Source: an uncultured Gemmatimonadales bacterium (GTDB lineage Bacteria > Gemmatimonadota > Gemmatimonadetes > Gemmatimonadales > Gemmatimonadaceae). From it: a stretch of 64,000 nt of DNA. The translations under genes and the position numbers were made by a program. The notes under the pieces are model-generated. The model saw only the letters and a list, made by a program, of their open reading frames with translations, was not told the DNA's origin and ran no database searches. Of the stretch, positions 12,871-26,959 are shown in pieces; positions within the stretch are counted from its first letter, which is position 1, and each line of letters begins with the position of its first letter. The DNA is taken from NCBI GenBank assembly GCA_963701965.1, contig OY969695.1, forward strand, positions 256,001-320,000, read 5' to 3'.

Positions 12871-14670
12871 ATGGCCGCGTGGGGTGGCTCGCTTGTTCGA
12901 CGGCGCTTGGCGATCGCTTCGACAGGCTTGCTGCTGCTGGCCTGCAGCACGCCGTTCAAGCTGCCGCCACTGCCCGCAACGGCTCCGCCCGTCGCCGCGG
13001 CGCGGCCGGCGCCGAGCGCGCCGACGCGCGGCGCTGCCGAGTCCGCTTCGGGCGCGACCGCGGTCGCGGTGCCGGTGCCGACGCAGCCGCTGCCGCCGAT
13101 CGTCGCCGCCGCGCCGCTGCCGCAAGCGAACGCCGTTCCGGCGGCCGTCGCCGCGCACTTTCCCGGAACCGGCGTTGACGTTCGCAACGCCGGCCTTCGA
13201 GCCGGGCCGCCAGGCGATGACGCGCGACGACGAGCTGCGCTCGATCCTGTTCGGCCTCGAGCGCGGAAGCGAGATCAAGGTGCTGAGCCTCGGCAGTCTC
13301 GCAGGCGGGCCGGCCGATCGAGGCGCTTGCCTTCACCCGGCCGGCGCCGGCCGCCGGCGGTCGCCGCATCGGGCGTCGCCGCGACGGCAACGCGCCGGCC
13401 GACGGTCGTCGTCATCGCCGGCCAGCACGGCGACGAGCCGGCCGGCAGCGAGGCGCTGATCGTGATCGCCCAGGAGCTCGCCGACGGCCGGCTCGCCAGC
13501 GTGCTCGACCGGGTCGACGTCGTTCTCGTGCCGCGCGCCAATCCCGACGGCGCCAGCGCGTTCACGCGCGCCGCCGCCGACGGCACCGACATCAACCGCG
13601 ACCACCTGCTGCTGCGCACGCCCGAAGCGCGCGCGCTGACGCGCCTGGTCGGCGAGCTCGCGCCGGTCGTCGTCCTCGACCTGCACGAGTACCCGGTCGA
13701 CGCCGGTTTCGAGGCCAAGTTCGGCGGCGTGCAGCGCTTCGATGCGCTGCTGCAGTACGCGACCGTCGCCAACCTGCCGCCGTTCGTCACGCGCGCGGCC
13801 GAGGAATGGTTTCGCCAGCCGCTGGTCGCGAGCCTGAAGAGGCGCCGGGCCTCAGCAGCGACTGGTACGCGACGACCTCGGACGATCCGGCCGATCGCCG
13901 GCTCGCGATGGGCGGCGTCGGGCCGCAGATCAGCCGCAACGCCAACGGCTTGCGCAACGCCGTCAGCCTGCTGGTCGAGACGCGCGGCGGCGGCCTCGGC
14001 CGAACCGATCTGAAGCGGCGCGTCCAGGCACAGGTGGTGGCGACGACGAGCGTGCTGGCGAGCGCCGCGAATCACGCCGCCGACCTCGTCAAGCTGCGCC
14101 AGTTCGTCGACCGCGAGACCGCGTCGCTGGCGTGCAAGGGCGAGGTCGTCCTCGACGCGGCGCCGACGCCGGGCGAATACGCGTATTCGATGATCGATCG
14201 CGACAGCGGCGAGATCCGGCGCCTGACCGTCGCCTGGGAATCGGCGCTGAAGCTGCGCACCGCTTAAGTCGCGGCCGCGGCCGTGCGGCTACTGGCTCGC
14301 TGCGGCCGAGAGCGACGCCGTGCAGCGCCTGCGCCTGCTCGGGATCGAGGTGCAGCAGCTGGCCGAGATCGCCGAGGTGCGCGGCGAGACCTATCGCGAG
14401 ATCGGGCGCGAGACGCTCACCGCGCCGGCCAGCGTCGCCGCCAACGCCGGCGCGGCGACCCGCCTGCGCGTGCAGACGACGCCGGCGCTGCTCGACCTCG
14501 CCGCCGGCGGCTACTACGTCTCGCTCGAGCAGCCGCTCGCCAACCTGGCGGTCGCCGTGCTCGAGCCCGAGGCGCCATCGAGCTTCGCCGCCAACGGCGT
14601 CATCGCCAGCGTCGGCGGCGAAGCGCGTATTCTTCTGCGGCCCGAGATCCGGATGACCGCCGTGCCCTAG
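12871..14670 (+). CDS. M14 family zinc carboxypeptidase lipoprotein, frameshifted
   Basis: Lipobox LLLAC; QHGDEPAG, NPDG, DINRDH and LDLHE zinc/substrate motifs. Confidence 0.85.
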
Positions 14671-14748
14671 GCACGGTTGCCGGCCAGGCGTGTAAGGATC
14701 GCCTGCGGCCGCGCGACATCGAGCCAGGCCTTCAGGGAGAACGAGTCC

Positions 14749-15624
14749 ATGGACATCGAAGCCGACGCGATCGTGCCCGCGTCCACGCCGGCGGCCGCCG
14801 CCGGCGCCGCACAGAGCATCTACCGCCATCGCCTGCCGGTGCGCGTGATGCACTGGATCAACGTCGTCTGCATGACGATCCTGCTCGGCAGCGGCCTCAA
14901 CATCTTCAACGCCCACCCGACGCTCTACTGGGGCCACGACTCGGTCACCGGAACGCCCTGGCTCTCGATCCGCGGCGAGAACACGCCGCAGGGCCCGGTC
15001 GGCAAGACCCGGATCGGCAGCACCGACTTCCAGACCACCGGCGTGCTCGGCGTCTCGAAGGTCAACGGCGAGACGACGGCCCGCGGCTTTCCGAGCTGGG
15101 CGACGATCCCCGGGCCGCAGTGGCTGGCGATGGCGCGCCACTGGCACCTGTTCTTCGCCTGGCTGTTCGTCGTCAACGGCGTCGCCTACGTGCTCTACAC
15201 GATCTTCAGCCGCCATCTGGTGAAGGACCTGGTGCCGACCCGCGATGAGCTGCGCAACATCGGCCGCTCGGTCGTCGACCACATCAAGTTCAAGCACCCG
15301 ACCGGCGCCGCGGCGACGCGCTACAACGTGCTGCAGAGCCTGACCTACCTGATCGTCATCTTCGTCCTGCTGCCGTTGATCGTCTTCGCCGGGATGGCGC
15401 TCTCGCCGCGCATCGACACCGTCTTCACCGGCTGGGTCGACCTGCTCGGCGGGCGCCAGTCGGCGCGCTCGCTGCATTTCCTCGCCGCGGCGGGGCTGCT
15501 GCTGTTCGTCTTCATCCACGTCTTCGAGGTCATCGTCGCCGGCGTCTGGAACGAGATGCGCTCGATGATCACCGGCTGGTACCAGGTGCCGCCCGACCCG
15601 GCATCGAACGAGGTGCGCCCATGA
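14749..15624 (+). CDS. Cytochrome b/b6-domain membrane protein (partner of the downstream Mo enzyme)
   Basis: RVMHWIN, RHWHLFFAW, YNVLQSLTY, RSLHF and FIHV heme-ligand His pattern. Confidence 0.85.
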   Translation: MDIEADAIVPASTPAAAAGAAQSIYRHRLPVRVMHWINVVCMTILLGSGLNIFNAHPTLYWGHDSVTGTPWLSIRGENTPQGPVGKTRIGSTDFQTTGVLGVSKVNGETTARGFPSWATIPGPQWLAMARHWHLFFAWLFVVNGVAYVLYTIFSRHLVKDLVPTRDELRNIGRSVVDHIKFKHPTGAAATRYNVLQSLTYLIVIFVLLPLIVFAGMALSPRIDTVFTGWVDLLGGRQSARSLHFLAAAGLLLFVFIHVFEVIVAGVWNEMRSMITGWYQVPPDPASNEVRP

Positions 15625-16431
15625 GCAAGACCTTCACCCTGATGCGCGCGCGCCAGCGCGATCGCCGCCATCTGCTGCGCGGCGCGGTCGCCGCAGCCGG
15701 CGCGGCGGTGCTGAGCGGCTGCGACAAGCTTTCCAACAACCCGGCCTTCGTCGACACGCTGAAGGGCGCGCAGCGGCTCAGCCACGCCGCCGGCCGGCGT
15801 CGTCGCGCCGCGCCGGGCGATGGCGCAGGAGTTCGAGCCGTCGCAGGTGGCGCCGGTCTTTCGCGGCAACGGCACGCTCAGCCCCGGCGACGCCGACTAC
15901 GTCGCGCTGCGCAACGAGCGGCTTCGCCGGCTACAGGCTCGACGGTCGGCGGCCTGGTCGCGAAGCCCGCCGAGTTCAGCCTCGACGAGCTGCGCGCGAT
16001 GCCGGCGCGAACCCAGATCACGCGCCACGACTGCGTCGAGGGCTGGAGCTGCATCGGCAAGTGGAAGGGCGTGCAGCTCGGTCACATCCTGGCGCAGGTC
16101 GAGCCCGCGGCCGGAGGCGAAGTTCGTCCTCTTCCGCTGCTACGACTCGATGGACGGGCCGTCGCTCGACGGCCGCGACTCGCGCTACTACGAGAGCATC
16201 GACCTGGACGATGCGCATCACGCGCAGACGATCCTCGCCTACGAGCTCAACGACAAGCCGCTGCCGGTGACCAACGGCGCGCCGCTGCGCTGCCGGGTCG
16301 AGCGCCAGCTCGGCTACAAGCAGGCCAAGTACGTGCGCGCGATCGAGCTCGTCGCCGACTTCTCGAAGATCCGCGGCGGCAAGGGCGGCTACTGGGAAGA
16401 CGAAGGCTACGAGTGGTACGGCGGGATCTGA
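15621..16431 (+). CDS. Sulfite-oxidase-family molybdopterin oxidoreductase (MsrP/YedY-like), Tat lipoprotein, frameshifted
   Basis: RRHLL...LSGC signal; TRHDCVEGWS, GAPLR and LGYKQAKYV. Confidence 0.85.
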
Positions 16432-16445
16432 GCCGGCACGACCGG

Positions 16446-18011
16446 CTAGCGTCGCTTCGGCGCCGCCGAGGATCGAGCCGAGCACGCCGCGAATGATCTC
16501 GCGGCCGACGCCCGAGCCGATCGAGCGCACGGCCGAACGCGCCGCCACTTCGGCCAGGCCCTCGTGCTTGCCGCCGCGCGGGCCGGTCGAGCCGAAGATC
16601 GCGTCCTTGAGGCCGTCGAGCATGCCGCCGGCGGGCGTCGCGCCGGTGCCGCAGATGCCGCGCCGCCCGGGCACCGCCGGCGCCGTCGTCGGCGCGGCGC
16701 CGGGGCTCGCCGCGACCCGGCTGGTCAGCTTCTCGTACGCCGACTCGCGGTCGACCGCCTTCTCGTAGACGCCGGCGACGAGCGAGCCCGCGATCAGGGC
16801 TTTGCCTTTCGTCGTCCGTGATCGGGGCCGATCCGGCTCGCCGGTGGCAGCACGAACGCGCGCTCGGTGACCGACGGGCGGCCCTTGTCGTCGAGCAGGC
16901 TGACCAGCGCCTCGCCGGTGGCGAGCTCGGTGATCGCGGTCTCGATGTCGAGCTTCGGGTTGGCGCGCATCGTCGTCGCCGCCGCCTTCACCGCCTTCTG
17001 GTCGCGCGGCGTGAACGCGCGCAGCGCATGCTGGACGCGGTTGCCGAGCTGGGCCAGGATCGGCGTCGGGAACGTCGAGCGGGTTCTGGGTCACGAAGAA
17101 GACGCCGACGCCCTTGCTGCGCACCAGCCGCACGACCAGCTCGATGCGATCGAGCAGCACCTTCGGCGCCTCGTCGAAGAGCAGGTGCGCCTCGTCGAAG
17201 AAGAAGACCAGCTTGGGCTTGTCGAGGTCGCCGACCTCGGGCAGGCGCTCGTACAGCTCGGAGAGCATCCAGAGCAGGAAGGTCGCGTACAGGCGCGGGC
17301 TGGTCATCAGCTTGTCGGCGGCGAGGATGTTGATCACGCCTTGCTGATGGCCGTTGATCGAGCGGTCTGCATGAAGTCGGCGATGTCGAGCATCGGCTCG
17401 CCGAAGAACTTGTCGCCGCCCTGGGCGTCGATCTGCAGCAGGCCGCGCTGGATCGCGCCGACGCTGGCGGCGCTGACGTTGCCGTAGTCGGTCTGGAACT
17501 GCGCGGCGTTGTCGGCGACGTACTGCAGCATCGCCCGCAGGTCCTTCAGGTCGAGCAGCAGCAGGCCGTTGTCGTCGGCGATCTTGAAGACGAGCTGGAG
17601 CACGCCCTGCTGGGTCTCGTTGAGGTCGAGCATGCGCGCGAGCAGGAGCGGGCCCATGTCGCTCACCGTCGCGCGCACCGGATGGCCGGCGGCCGACTTG
17701 GCGTCGGCGAACACGTCCCAGAGCGTCGCCGGGCAGGCGGCAGGCGGCGGCGGCTCGATGCCGCGCTCCTTCAGCAGCGCCGCCATCTTCGGGCTGACGC
17801 TGCCGGGCTGGGTGATGCCGGTGAGGTCGCCCTTGACGTCGGCCATGAACACCGGCACGCCCTGGCGGCTGAAGTTCTCGGCCAGCGTCTGCAGGGTCAC
17901 GGTCTTGCCGGTGCCGGTGGCGCCGGTGACCAGGCCGTGCCGGTTCGCCATGCCGGGCAGGAGGAAGCACTCGATGTCGCCGTGCCGGGCCAGGAGGATC
18001 GGTTCGGCCAT
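16446..18011 (-). CDS. DUF853/YjgR family HerA-like ATPase, frameshifted
   Basis: [15 protein letters not shown]alker [11 protein letters not shown] and [14 protein letters not shown]. Confidence 0.9.
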
Positions 18012-18170
18012 GGTGTCGCGCCCGAAGCAAGGTGGGAGTGTCAGTTTAGGGCCGCTTCCCGCGTCGCGCGCCGGCGACCACGGGGTTCCGGCGAGCGGCG
18101 TCTGCCGAGGCGCGACCTAAAATCGCGCTCTCTTGCAACGTCACAGCCGCCGCGGGCGCGCTCCGAGCAC

Positions 18171-18892
18171 ATGGCCGGTCATTCGAAGTGGGCCAACATC
18201 CAGCACCGGAAGGGCCGCCAGGACGAGAAGCGCGGCAAGGTCTGGACGCGCCTGATCCGCGAGATCGTCGTCGCCGCGCGCCAGGGCGGCGGCGACCTGT
18301 CGATGAACCCGCGCCTGCGCCTGGCGGTCGAGAAGGCCAAGGGCGCCAACATGCCGGCCGACACGATCAAGAAGAACATCGACAAGGCCACCGGCAACCT
18401 CGAGGGCATGCACTACGAGGAGATCCGCTACGAGGGCTACGGCATCGGCGGCGCGGCGATGATCGTCGACTGCATGACCGACAACCGCGTCCGCACCGTC
18501 GCCGAGGTGCGCCACGCCTTCAGCAAGTACGGCGGCAACCTCGGCGCCGAAGGCTCGGTCGCGTTCCAGTTCAAGCACGTCGGCCAGTTCGTGTTCGCGC
18601 CGGGAACGAGCGAGGACGCGGTGATGGCCGCGGCGCTCGACGCCGGCGCCGACGACGTGATCAGCGACGACGACGGCGCGATCGAGGTGCTGTCGTCGCC
18701 GCCCGAGTTCGAGGCGGTAAAGTCCGCGCTCGAGAAGGCGGGCCTGCACGCCGACGTCGCCGAGGTGACGATGCGCCCCGAGAACTCGGTCGCGCTCGCC
18801 GGCGACGACGCGCAGCGGATGCAGAAGCTGATCGACGTCATCGAGGACCTCGACGACGTCCAGGCGCTCTATCACAACGCCGAGATGGCCGA

Positions 18893-18896
<4 letters not shown>
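18171..18896 (+). CDS. yebC: YebC/PmpR family protein
   Basis: [15 protein letters not shown] start; YEGYG, TDNRVRT and DDVQALYHN. Confidence 0.96.
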
Positions 18897-20185
<1,289 letters not shown>

Positions 20186-20200
20186 CCTCTCGACACCGTC

Positions 20201-21154
20201 ATGAACCCTGCCGCCGTTCGCGATTACCTGCTCGACCTGCAAGCACGCATCGTCGCCGCGCTCGAAGCCGAAGGCGGCGACGCCTTCGTCAGCGACGCCT
20301 GGCAGCGCGAGCCCGGCGGCAAGCTCGAGGGCGACGGCATCTCGCGCCTGGTCGAAGGCGGCGCGCTGCTCGAGCGCGGCGGCTGCGGCTTCTCGCACGT
20401 CAGGGGGCGCGCGCTGCCGGCGGCGGCGACGCAGCATCGTGTCGCCGACCTCGTCGACGCGCCGTTCGAGGCGATGGGCGTCTCGCTCGTGTTGCACCCG
20501 CGCAATCCCTACGTGCCGACGGTGCACATGAACGTGCGCATGCTCGCGGCGCTGCCGGCCGGGCGCGATCCGGTGGTCTGGTTCGGCGGCGGCATGGACC
20601 TGACGCCGTACTACGGCTTCGAGGAAGACGCGGTCCATTTCCACGTCGCCGCGCGCGACGCGCTGGCGCCGTTCGGCGCCGACAAGTACCCGCGCTTCAA
20701 GCGCTGGTGCGACGAGTACTTCTTCCTCAAGCACCGCAACGAGCCGCGCGGCATCGGCGGCATCTTCTTCGACGATTTCTCCGAAGGCGGGTTCGCCAAC
20801 GGCTTCGCGCTGATGCGCGCCGTCGGCGACGCCTTCCTCGGTGCCTACCTGCCGATCGTGCAGCGGCGCCGGGCGCTGCCCTACGGCGAGCGCGAGCGCG
20901 AGTTCCAGCTCTACCGGCGCGGCCGCTACGTCGAGTTCAACCTCGTCTTCGACCGCGGCACGCTGTTCGGCCTGCAGTCGGGCGGCCGCACCGAGAGCAT
21001 CCTGATGTCGATGCCGCCGCTCGTGACCTGGCGCTACGACTGGCAGCCCGCGCCGGGGACGGCCGAGGCGCGCCTCTACGACGAATTCCTGCGCCCACGC
21101 GACTGGGCCGATGAGGCCAGTGCCGCGTCGTCGCCGCTGGGGACGACGCCATGA
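20201..21154 (+). CDS. hemF: Oxygen-dependent coproporphyrinogen III oxidase
   Basis: [33 protein letters not shown] and [10 protein letters not shown]. Confidence 0.97.
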   Translation: MNPAAVRDYLLDLQARIVAALEAEGGDAFVSDAWQREPGGKLEGDGISRLVEGGALLERGGCGFSHVRGRALPAAATQHRVADLVDAPFEAMGVSLVLHPRNPYVPTVHMNVRMLAALPAGRDPVVWFGGGMDLTPYYGFEEDAVHFHVAARDALAPFGADKYPRFKRWCDEYFFLKHRNEPRGIGGIFFDDFSEGGFANGFALMRAVGDAFLGAYLPIVQRRRALPYGEREREFQLYRRGRYVEFNLVFDRGTLFGLQSGGRTESILMSMPPLVTWRYDWQPAPGTAEARLYDEFLRPRDWADEASAASSPLGTTP

Positions 21155-21731
21155 AGCGCGTCGGCCTGTTCGGCGGCAGCTTCGACCCGGTGCACAACGC
21201 CCACGTCGCGCTCGCCCGGCTCGCGCTCGAGCAGCTGCAGCTCGACGAGGTGCGCTGGATCCCGGCCGGCCAGCCGTGGCAAAAGACGCGCGTTCTCACC
21301 AGCGGCGCCGACCGCGAGGCGATGGTGCGCCTGGCGATCGCCGGCGAGCCGCGCTTCACGCTCGACCGGATCGAGCTGCGCCGGCACGGCGTCACCTTCA
21401 CCCTCGACACGGTTCGCTTGCTCGGCCGCCGCCGAGCCGGCAAGCGAGTGGTTCCTGATCCTCGGCCAGGACCAGTACGCGACGCTGCACACCTGGCGCG
21501 ACTGGCGCGACCTGGTCGCGCTCGTGACGCTGGCGATCGCCAACCGCCCCGACGCCGAGCCGACGGTCAATGCCCACATCGCCAAGCGTGCCGCACCAGA
21601 TCGTGACGCTGCCGATGATGGATGTCTCGTCGACCGAGGTGCGGCGCCGGGTCGCCGCGGGCGAGCCGATTGCCGGTCTCGTTCCCGACGCGGTCGCGCG
21701 CTATATTGAGCGCCGTCAGCTGTATCGCTGA
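21151..21731 (+). CDS. nadD: Nicotinate-nucleotide adenylyltransferase, frameshifted
   Basis: [14 protein letters not shown] and SSTEVR; position before rsfS. Confidence 0.93.
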
Positions 21732-21749
21732 CTTCTCAACAGGAGCTGA

Positions 21750-22344
21750 ATGGACATTCGCAAGCTGCAGCGCGTCATCGTCGATGGTCTGGAGGACGTC
21801 AAGGCCCAGAACATCGTTGTCTTCAATACCGAGCATCTGTCGCCGCTCTTCGAACGCGTGATCGTCGCGTCGGGAACGAGCAACCGGCAGACGAGGTCGC
21901 TGGCAGCCAGCGTTCGCGATGCGGTGAAATCGGCCGGCGAGCCGTCGCCGCGCACCGAAGGCGAAGACAACGGCGAATGGATCATCGTCGACTGCGGCGC
22001 TGCCGTCGTCCATGTCATGCAGCCTGCGATCCGCGAGTACTACCACCTCGAGGAGCTGTGGGGCGACAAGCCGGTGCGGATGAAGATCGGCGCCGCGGCG
22101 CCGACTCGGCTGGTCAAGGCCGCGCCGGCACCGAGCGAGCCCAAGCGCGCGCCGCTCCGGCGCGCGCCGAGCGCGCCGGCTCCGGCGAAGACGGCGAAGA
22201 CAGCCAAGCGCCCGGTCGCCGCGCAAGACGGCGCCGAGCCGTCGCGTCGTGCGCACCGTCGGCGTCAAGAGCGCGGGCGCGTCGGCGCGGCCCGCTGCCG
22301 GTGCGCGGCGCGCGCCGGCCAAGAAGACGAGCGCCAAACGCTGA
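21750..22344 (+). CDS. rsfS: Ribosome silencing factor with Ala/Lys/Pro-rich C-terminal tail (end approximate)
   Basis: [16 protein letters not shown] and [11 protein letters not shown]. Confidence 0.93.
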
Positions 22345-22381
22345 GCGGCAACGGCGTTGCGCTCGCGCCCGGGAGCGGGCG

Positions 22382-22849
22382 ATGAAGCTCGTGCTGGTCG
22401 CGGTCGGCACGCGAATACCGGCGTGGGCCGACGCCGCGTTCGCCGAGTACGCGAAGCGATTCCCGGCCGAGATGCGGCTCGAGCTCAAGGCGGTCAAGGC
22501 GGAGCCGCGCGCCGGCCGCAGCGCGGCACAGCTGATGGCTGGCGAGGCGATGCGGATCGAGGCCGCGTTGCCGCGCGGCGCGCGCCGGATCGCGCTCGAC
22601 GAGCACGGCGAGCGCGTCACCTCGGCGCAGCTCGCGGCGCGCCTCGTCGCCTGGCAGAACGACGGCCGTGACGCGGCGCTGATCGCCGGCGGACCGGACG
22701 GCCTCGATCGAGCGCTGAAGGCGAGCTGCGACGAGACGCTGCGCCTGTCGGATCTGACGCTGCCGCACGCGTTCGTCCGCGTCCTCGTCGCCGAGGCGCT
22801 GTATCGCGCCTGGTCGATCACCGTCAATCATCCCTATCACCGCGAATGA
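22382..22849 (+). CDS. rlmH: 23S rRNA pseudouridine-1915 N3-methyltransferase
   Basis: [22 protein letters not shown] and YRAWSI..NHPYHRE. Confidence 0.95.
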   Translation: MKLVLVAVGTRIPAWADAAFAEYAKRFPAEMRLELKAVKAEPRAGRSAAQLMAGEAMRIEAALPRGARRIALDEHGERVTSAQLAARLVAWQNDGRDAALIAGGPDGLDRALKASCDETLRLSDLTLPHAFVRVLVAEALYRAWSITVNHPYHRE

Positions 22850-22862
22850 GCCCTGCGCCACG

Positions 22863-23477
22863 ATGAAGCGCGTGTCGTTCGTCTATCTCGCTTCGCAGAG
22901 CCCGCGCCGGCGCCAGCTGCTCGAGCAGATCGGCGTGCGTTACGAGCTGCTGCTCGCCGGCGTCGACGAAGACGTCGAGGCACTCGAGACGGAGCAGCCG
23001 GGCGAGCTTCCCGCGGCCTACGTCGAGCGCGTGACCCGGGCCAAGCTGAAAGCGGCGATCGCTCGGCGAGCGGCGCGTCGCCTGCCCCCGCGCCGATCGT
23101 CTGCGCCGACACGACGGTCGCGCTCGGCCGGCGCATCCTCGGCAAGCCCGCCAACGCCGCGGACGCGAAGCGCATCCTGACGCTGCTCTCGGGTCGCACG
23201 CATCGCGTCATCAGCGCCGTCGCCGTTGCCGCCAACGGTCGGACCCGTCTCGTCGCCAGCATCTCGCGGGTTCACTTCGCGCCCTTGCCGCGACGTCCGC
23301 ATCGAGCGCTATATCGCCAGCGGCGAGCCATTCGGCAAGGCGGGCGCGTACGCGATCCAGAGCGCGGCCGCGGCCTGGATCGAGCGGATCGAGGGCAGCT
23401 ACACCGGTATCATGGGTTTGCCGCTGCACGAGACGGCCGCGCTGCTCGAGTGGGCGGGGGTCGACGTCCGGCCTTAG
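22863..23477 (+). CDS. maf: Maf family nucleoside triphosphate pyrophosphatase, frameshifted
   Basis: [26 protein letters not shown] and [11 protein letters not shown]. Confidence 0.92.
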
Positions 23478-23501
23478 TCGACCGGAACTGCCAGATCCTC
23501 G

Positions 23502-25013
23502 ATGCAAGACATCCTCATCAACTGGGCGCCGCAGGAAACGCGCGTCGCCGTGGTCGAGAACGGCGCGGTGCAGGAGCTGCACATCGAACGCGAGCTCGAG
23601 CGCGGCCGGGTCGGCAACATCTACATCGGCAAGGTCGCGCGCGTGCTGCCCGGGATGCAGTCTGCGTTCGTCGAGATCGGCCTCGAGCGCGCCGCGTTCC
23701 TGCACATCGCCGACGTCCACGTCAACGGCGGCACCTCGCGCGGCGACCATTCGCCCGGCGCGGTGCCACCGCCGCCGATCGAGCGGATCGTCTTCGAGGG
23801 CCAGACGCTCACGGTGCAGGTGATCAAGGACCCGATCGGCAGCAAGGGCGCGCGGCTGTCGACGCAGATCTCGATCGCCGGGCGCCTGCTGGTGTTCCTG
23901 CCGCAGGACGACCACATCGGCATCTCGCAGAAGATCGGCTCGCACGAGCTGCGCGACCAGCTGCGCGCGCGCATGGCGGCGCTGGTCGAGGCCGATGCCG
24001 CGGCGCGTGCCCGCGACGGCAGCGACAACGGCGCGAACGGCGGCTTCATCCTGCGCACCAACGCCGCCGAGGCGAGCGACGCCGAGCTCGCCGACGACAT
24101 CGCCTATCTGCGAACCACCTGGGCCCGGGTCAAGGAGCGCGCCTTCAAGTCGCCGCCCGGAACGCTGCTGCACCAGGACCTGAGCCTGGCCGAGCGGGTG
24201 TTGCGCGACCTGGTCGACGAGCGCACGCAGACGATCCGGATCGATTCGCGGATGCAGTTCGACGAGCTGACGAAGTTCGGCCGCGAGTACACGCCCGGCG
24301 CCGTCGACAAGCTCCAGCACTACGCCGGCGAGCGGCCGATCTTCGACCTGTTCTCGATCGACGAGGAGATCGAGAAGGCGCTCCTCAAGCGCGTCGAGCT
24401 GAAGTCGGGCGGCTACCTGATCATCGACCAGACCGAGGCGCTGACGACGGTCGACGTCAACACCGGCGGCTTCGTCGGCGCGCGCAACTTCGACGACACG
24501 ATCTTCAAGACCAACCTCGAGGCCGGCCACGCGATCGCGCGCCAGCTGCGGCTGCGCAACCTCGGCGGCATCATCATCATCGACTTCATCGACATGGCGC
24601 GCGAGGAGCACCAGGCGGCGGTGCTCGCCGAGCTGAAGAAGCAGCTGGCGCGCGACCGCACGCGCATCACGGTGAGCGGCTTCACCCAGCTCGGCCTGGT
24701 CGAGATGACGAGGAAGCGCACGCGCGAATCGCTCGCCCACATGCTGTGCGAGCCGTGCCCGACGTGCCAGGGGCGGGGCGAGGTGAAGACAGCGCGCAGC
24801 GTCTGCCACGACATCCTGCGCGAGATCCTGCGCGAGGCACGCCAGTTCAATCCGAAGGAGTTCCGGATCGTCGCCAGCGCGGCGGTCGTCGAGATGCTGC
24901 TCGACGAGGAGAGCCAGCACCTCGCCGGCCTCTCGGACTTCATCGGCAAGCCGATCTCGCTCCGCGCCGAGCCGTTCCCGTCGCCCGAGCAGTACGACAT
25001 CGTCCTGCTCTAG
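23502..25013 (+). CDS. rng: Ribonuclease G
   Basis: Intact 503-aa ORF with [25 protein letters not shown] and [15 protein letters not shown]. Confidence 0.97.
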   Translation: MQDILINWAPQETRVAVVENGAVQELHIERELERGRVGNIYIGKVARVLPGMQSAFVEIGLERAAFLHIADVHVNGGTSRGDHSPGAVPPPPIERIVFEGQTLTVQVIKDPIGSKGARLSTQISIAGRLLVFLPQDDHIGISQKIGSHELRDQLRARMAALVEADAAARARDGSDNGANGGFILRTNAAEASDAELADDIAYLRTTWARVKERAFKSPPGTLLHQDLSLAERVLRDLVDERTQTIRIDSRMQFDELTKFGREYTPGAVDKLQHYAGERPIFDLFSIDEEIEKALLKRVELKSGGYLIIDQTEALTTVDVNTGGFVGARNFDDTIFKTNLEAGHAIARQLRLRNLGGIIIIDFIDMAREEHQAAVLAELKKQLARDRTRITVSGFTQLGLVEMTRKRTRESLAHMLCEPCPTCQGRGEVKTARSVCHDILREILREARQFNPKEFRIVASAAVVEMLLDEESQHLAGLSDFIGKPISLRAEPFPSPEQYDIVLL

Positions 25014-25025
25014 AGGCCGCGCGCC

Positions 25026-26129
25026 GTGGCGAGCCCGCTCCGTGCCGACGACCGCTTCGCACGCATCATCGTCATCTGCACGCGCCAGATCGGCGACGTG
25101 CTCCTCACCACGCCGCTGATCGCGGCGGCCAAGGCGCGCTGGCCCGAGGCGACGATCGACGTCCTCGGCTTCGGCGGAACGCTCGGCATGCTGCGCGGCA
25201 ATCCCGACGTCGCCGAGCTGATCGAGGTGCCCGCCGGCAGCGGCTGGGTCGCGTCGCGTCGGCTGATCCGCCGCTTGTGGCGGCGCTACGACCTGGCGCT
25301 GATCGCACAGTACTCGGACCGCGCGCACCTGTACGGCTTCGCCGCGGCGAAGCGGCGCGCTGGCCAGGTCACCGACGAGGCGAAGTCGTGGTGGAAACGG
25401 GCGCTGCTCGAGCACCGGGTGCGCATGAACAACGACCAGTCGCACTCGGTGGTCGAAAAGCTGCGCCTGCTCGCGCCGTGGGTCGAGCCGGGCGGCGCGC
25501 GCCTGGTCGCGCCAGCGGCGACGGCGCTGCCGTCCGAGGTCGCCGCGGCGCTTCGGCCGCCGTACGCGGTGCTGCAGGCGCCGGCGGCCGTCGCCTACAA
25601 GCTCTGGCCACTGGCGCACTGGCGCGAGCTCGTCGCGGCGCTGCTCGAGCGCGGTCTGCAGGTGGTGCTGACGGGCGCGTCGTCGGCCGGCGACAAGGCG
25701 CTGGTCGAATCGGTGCGCAGGGGCTTCGCCGCCGATCGCGTCCTCGACGGCGCCGGCCGCCTCGACTTGAACCAGGTCGCGACGCTTCTGCGCGGCGCCG
25801 CGCTCTACCTCGGCGGCGACACCTCGATCACCCACCTGGCGGCGGCGTGCGAGATCCCGGTCGTTGCGCTCTACGGGCCGATCAATCCGCGCTACTTCGG
25901 GCCGTGGCCGGCGAGTCCGACACTCGACGTTCCGTACGTCGCGCATGCGCTCGTGCAGCGCGTCGGCAGCGTCAGCGTCCTCCAGGGAACGCCTGCCTGC
26001 GTGCCGTGCGACCGGGCCGGCTGCGAGGACCGCAACGAAAGCGCCAGCGTCTGCCTGCAGACGCTGATGCCGGCGCGGGTCATCGCCGAGGTCGATCGGA
26101 TTCTCGGCCGCGCCGCTGAAGGACAATGA
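25026..26129 (+). CDS. Glycosyltransferase family 9 (LPS heptosyltransferase-like)
   Basis: [15 protein letters not shown] and [18 protein letters not shown]. Confidence 0.88.
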   Translation: MASPLRADDRFARIIVICTRQIGDVLLTTPLIAAAKARWPEATIDVLGFGGTLGMLRGNPDVAELIEVPAGSGWVASRRLIRRLWRRYDLALIAQYSDRAHLYGFAAAKRRAGQVTDEAKSWWKRALLEHRVRMNNDQSHSVVEKLRLLAPWVEPGGARLVAPAATALPSEVAAALRPPYAVLQAPAAVAYKLWPLAHWRELVAALLERGLQVVLTGASSAGDKALVESVRRGFAADRVLDGAGRLDLNQVATLLRGAALYLGGDTSITHLAAACEIPVVALYGPINPRYFGPWPASPTLDVPYVAHALVQRVGSVSVLQGTPACVPCDRAGCEDRNESASVCLQTLMPARVIAEVDRILGRAAEGQ

Positions 26130-26133
26130 GGCG

Positions 26134-26959
26134 ATGAGCGCAGGCGATCGCGATCGCAACCGGCAAGCCTCGACCGGGCGGCCCGGTCAAGGCCGTCATT
26201 CTCGCGGGCGGCTTCGGCAGTCGCATCGCCGAGGAGACCAGCCTCAAGCCCAAGCCGATGATCGAGATCGGCGGCCGGCCGATCCTCTGGCACATCCTGA
26301 AGATCTACTCGGCCGGCGGCGTCAACGACTTCGTGATCTGCTGCGGCTACAAGGGCTACGTGATCAAGGAGTACTTCGCCAACTACTTCCTGCACATGTC
26401 GGACGTCACCTTCGACATGGCCAAGAACACGATGGAAGTGCATCAGAAGAACGCCGAGCCGTGGCGCGTGACGCTCGTCGACACCGGCGAGGACTCGATG
26501 ACCGGCGGGCGGCTGCGCCGCGTCGCCGACTATCTTCGCGACGAGGACTGCTTCTGCTTCACCTACGGCGACGGCGTCGCCGACATCGACATCGCCGCCG
26601 AGATCGCCTTCCACCGTTCGCACGGCAAGCAGGCGACGGTGACCGCGGTGCAGCCGCCCGGACGCTACGGCGCGCTTCGTCTCGACGGCCACGCGCGTCG
26701 ACGGCTTCATCGAGAAGCCGCGCGGCGACGGCGGCCTCATCAACGGCGGCTTCTTCGTTCTCTCGCCGCGCGTTCTCGATCGGATCGACGGGCGATGCGA
26801 CCAGCTGGGAGCACGAGCCGCTCGACCGGCCTGGCGAAGGACGGCGAGCTGATGGCCTACGTCCACAGCGGCTTCTGGCAGCCGATGGACACGCTGCGCG
26901 AAAGGAACCTGCTCGAGGAGCTGTGGCAGTCGGGGCGGGCGCCGTGGAAGCGCTGGTGA
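26134..26959 (+). CDS. rfbF: Glucose-1-phosphate cytidylyltransferase, frameshifted (start approximate)
   Basis: KAVILAGGFGSRIAEET, KPKPMIEIGG, TGGRLRR, TYGDG and FWQPMDTLRE. Confidence 0.93.

Noticed and set aside
14749..16431. Cytochrome b plus Mo enzyme pair as a novel system
   Set aside because: Matches the widespread MsrPQ/YedYZ-like two-gene module.
16446..18011. HerA-like ATPase as an anti-phage system
   Set aside because: It is the widespread DUF853/YjgR type in a housekeeping context, with no nuclease or Sir2 partner.
23211..26159. Very long alternative-frame and antisense ORFs (e.g. 982 aa, 944 aa; also 34877-36811 and 56940-58955)
   Set aside because: Shadow ORFs of high-GC coding DNA: Arg/Ala/Gly-rich, no motifs, and overlapping well-supported genes.
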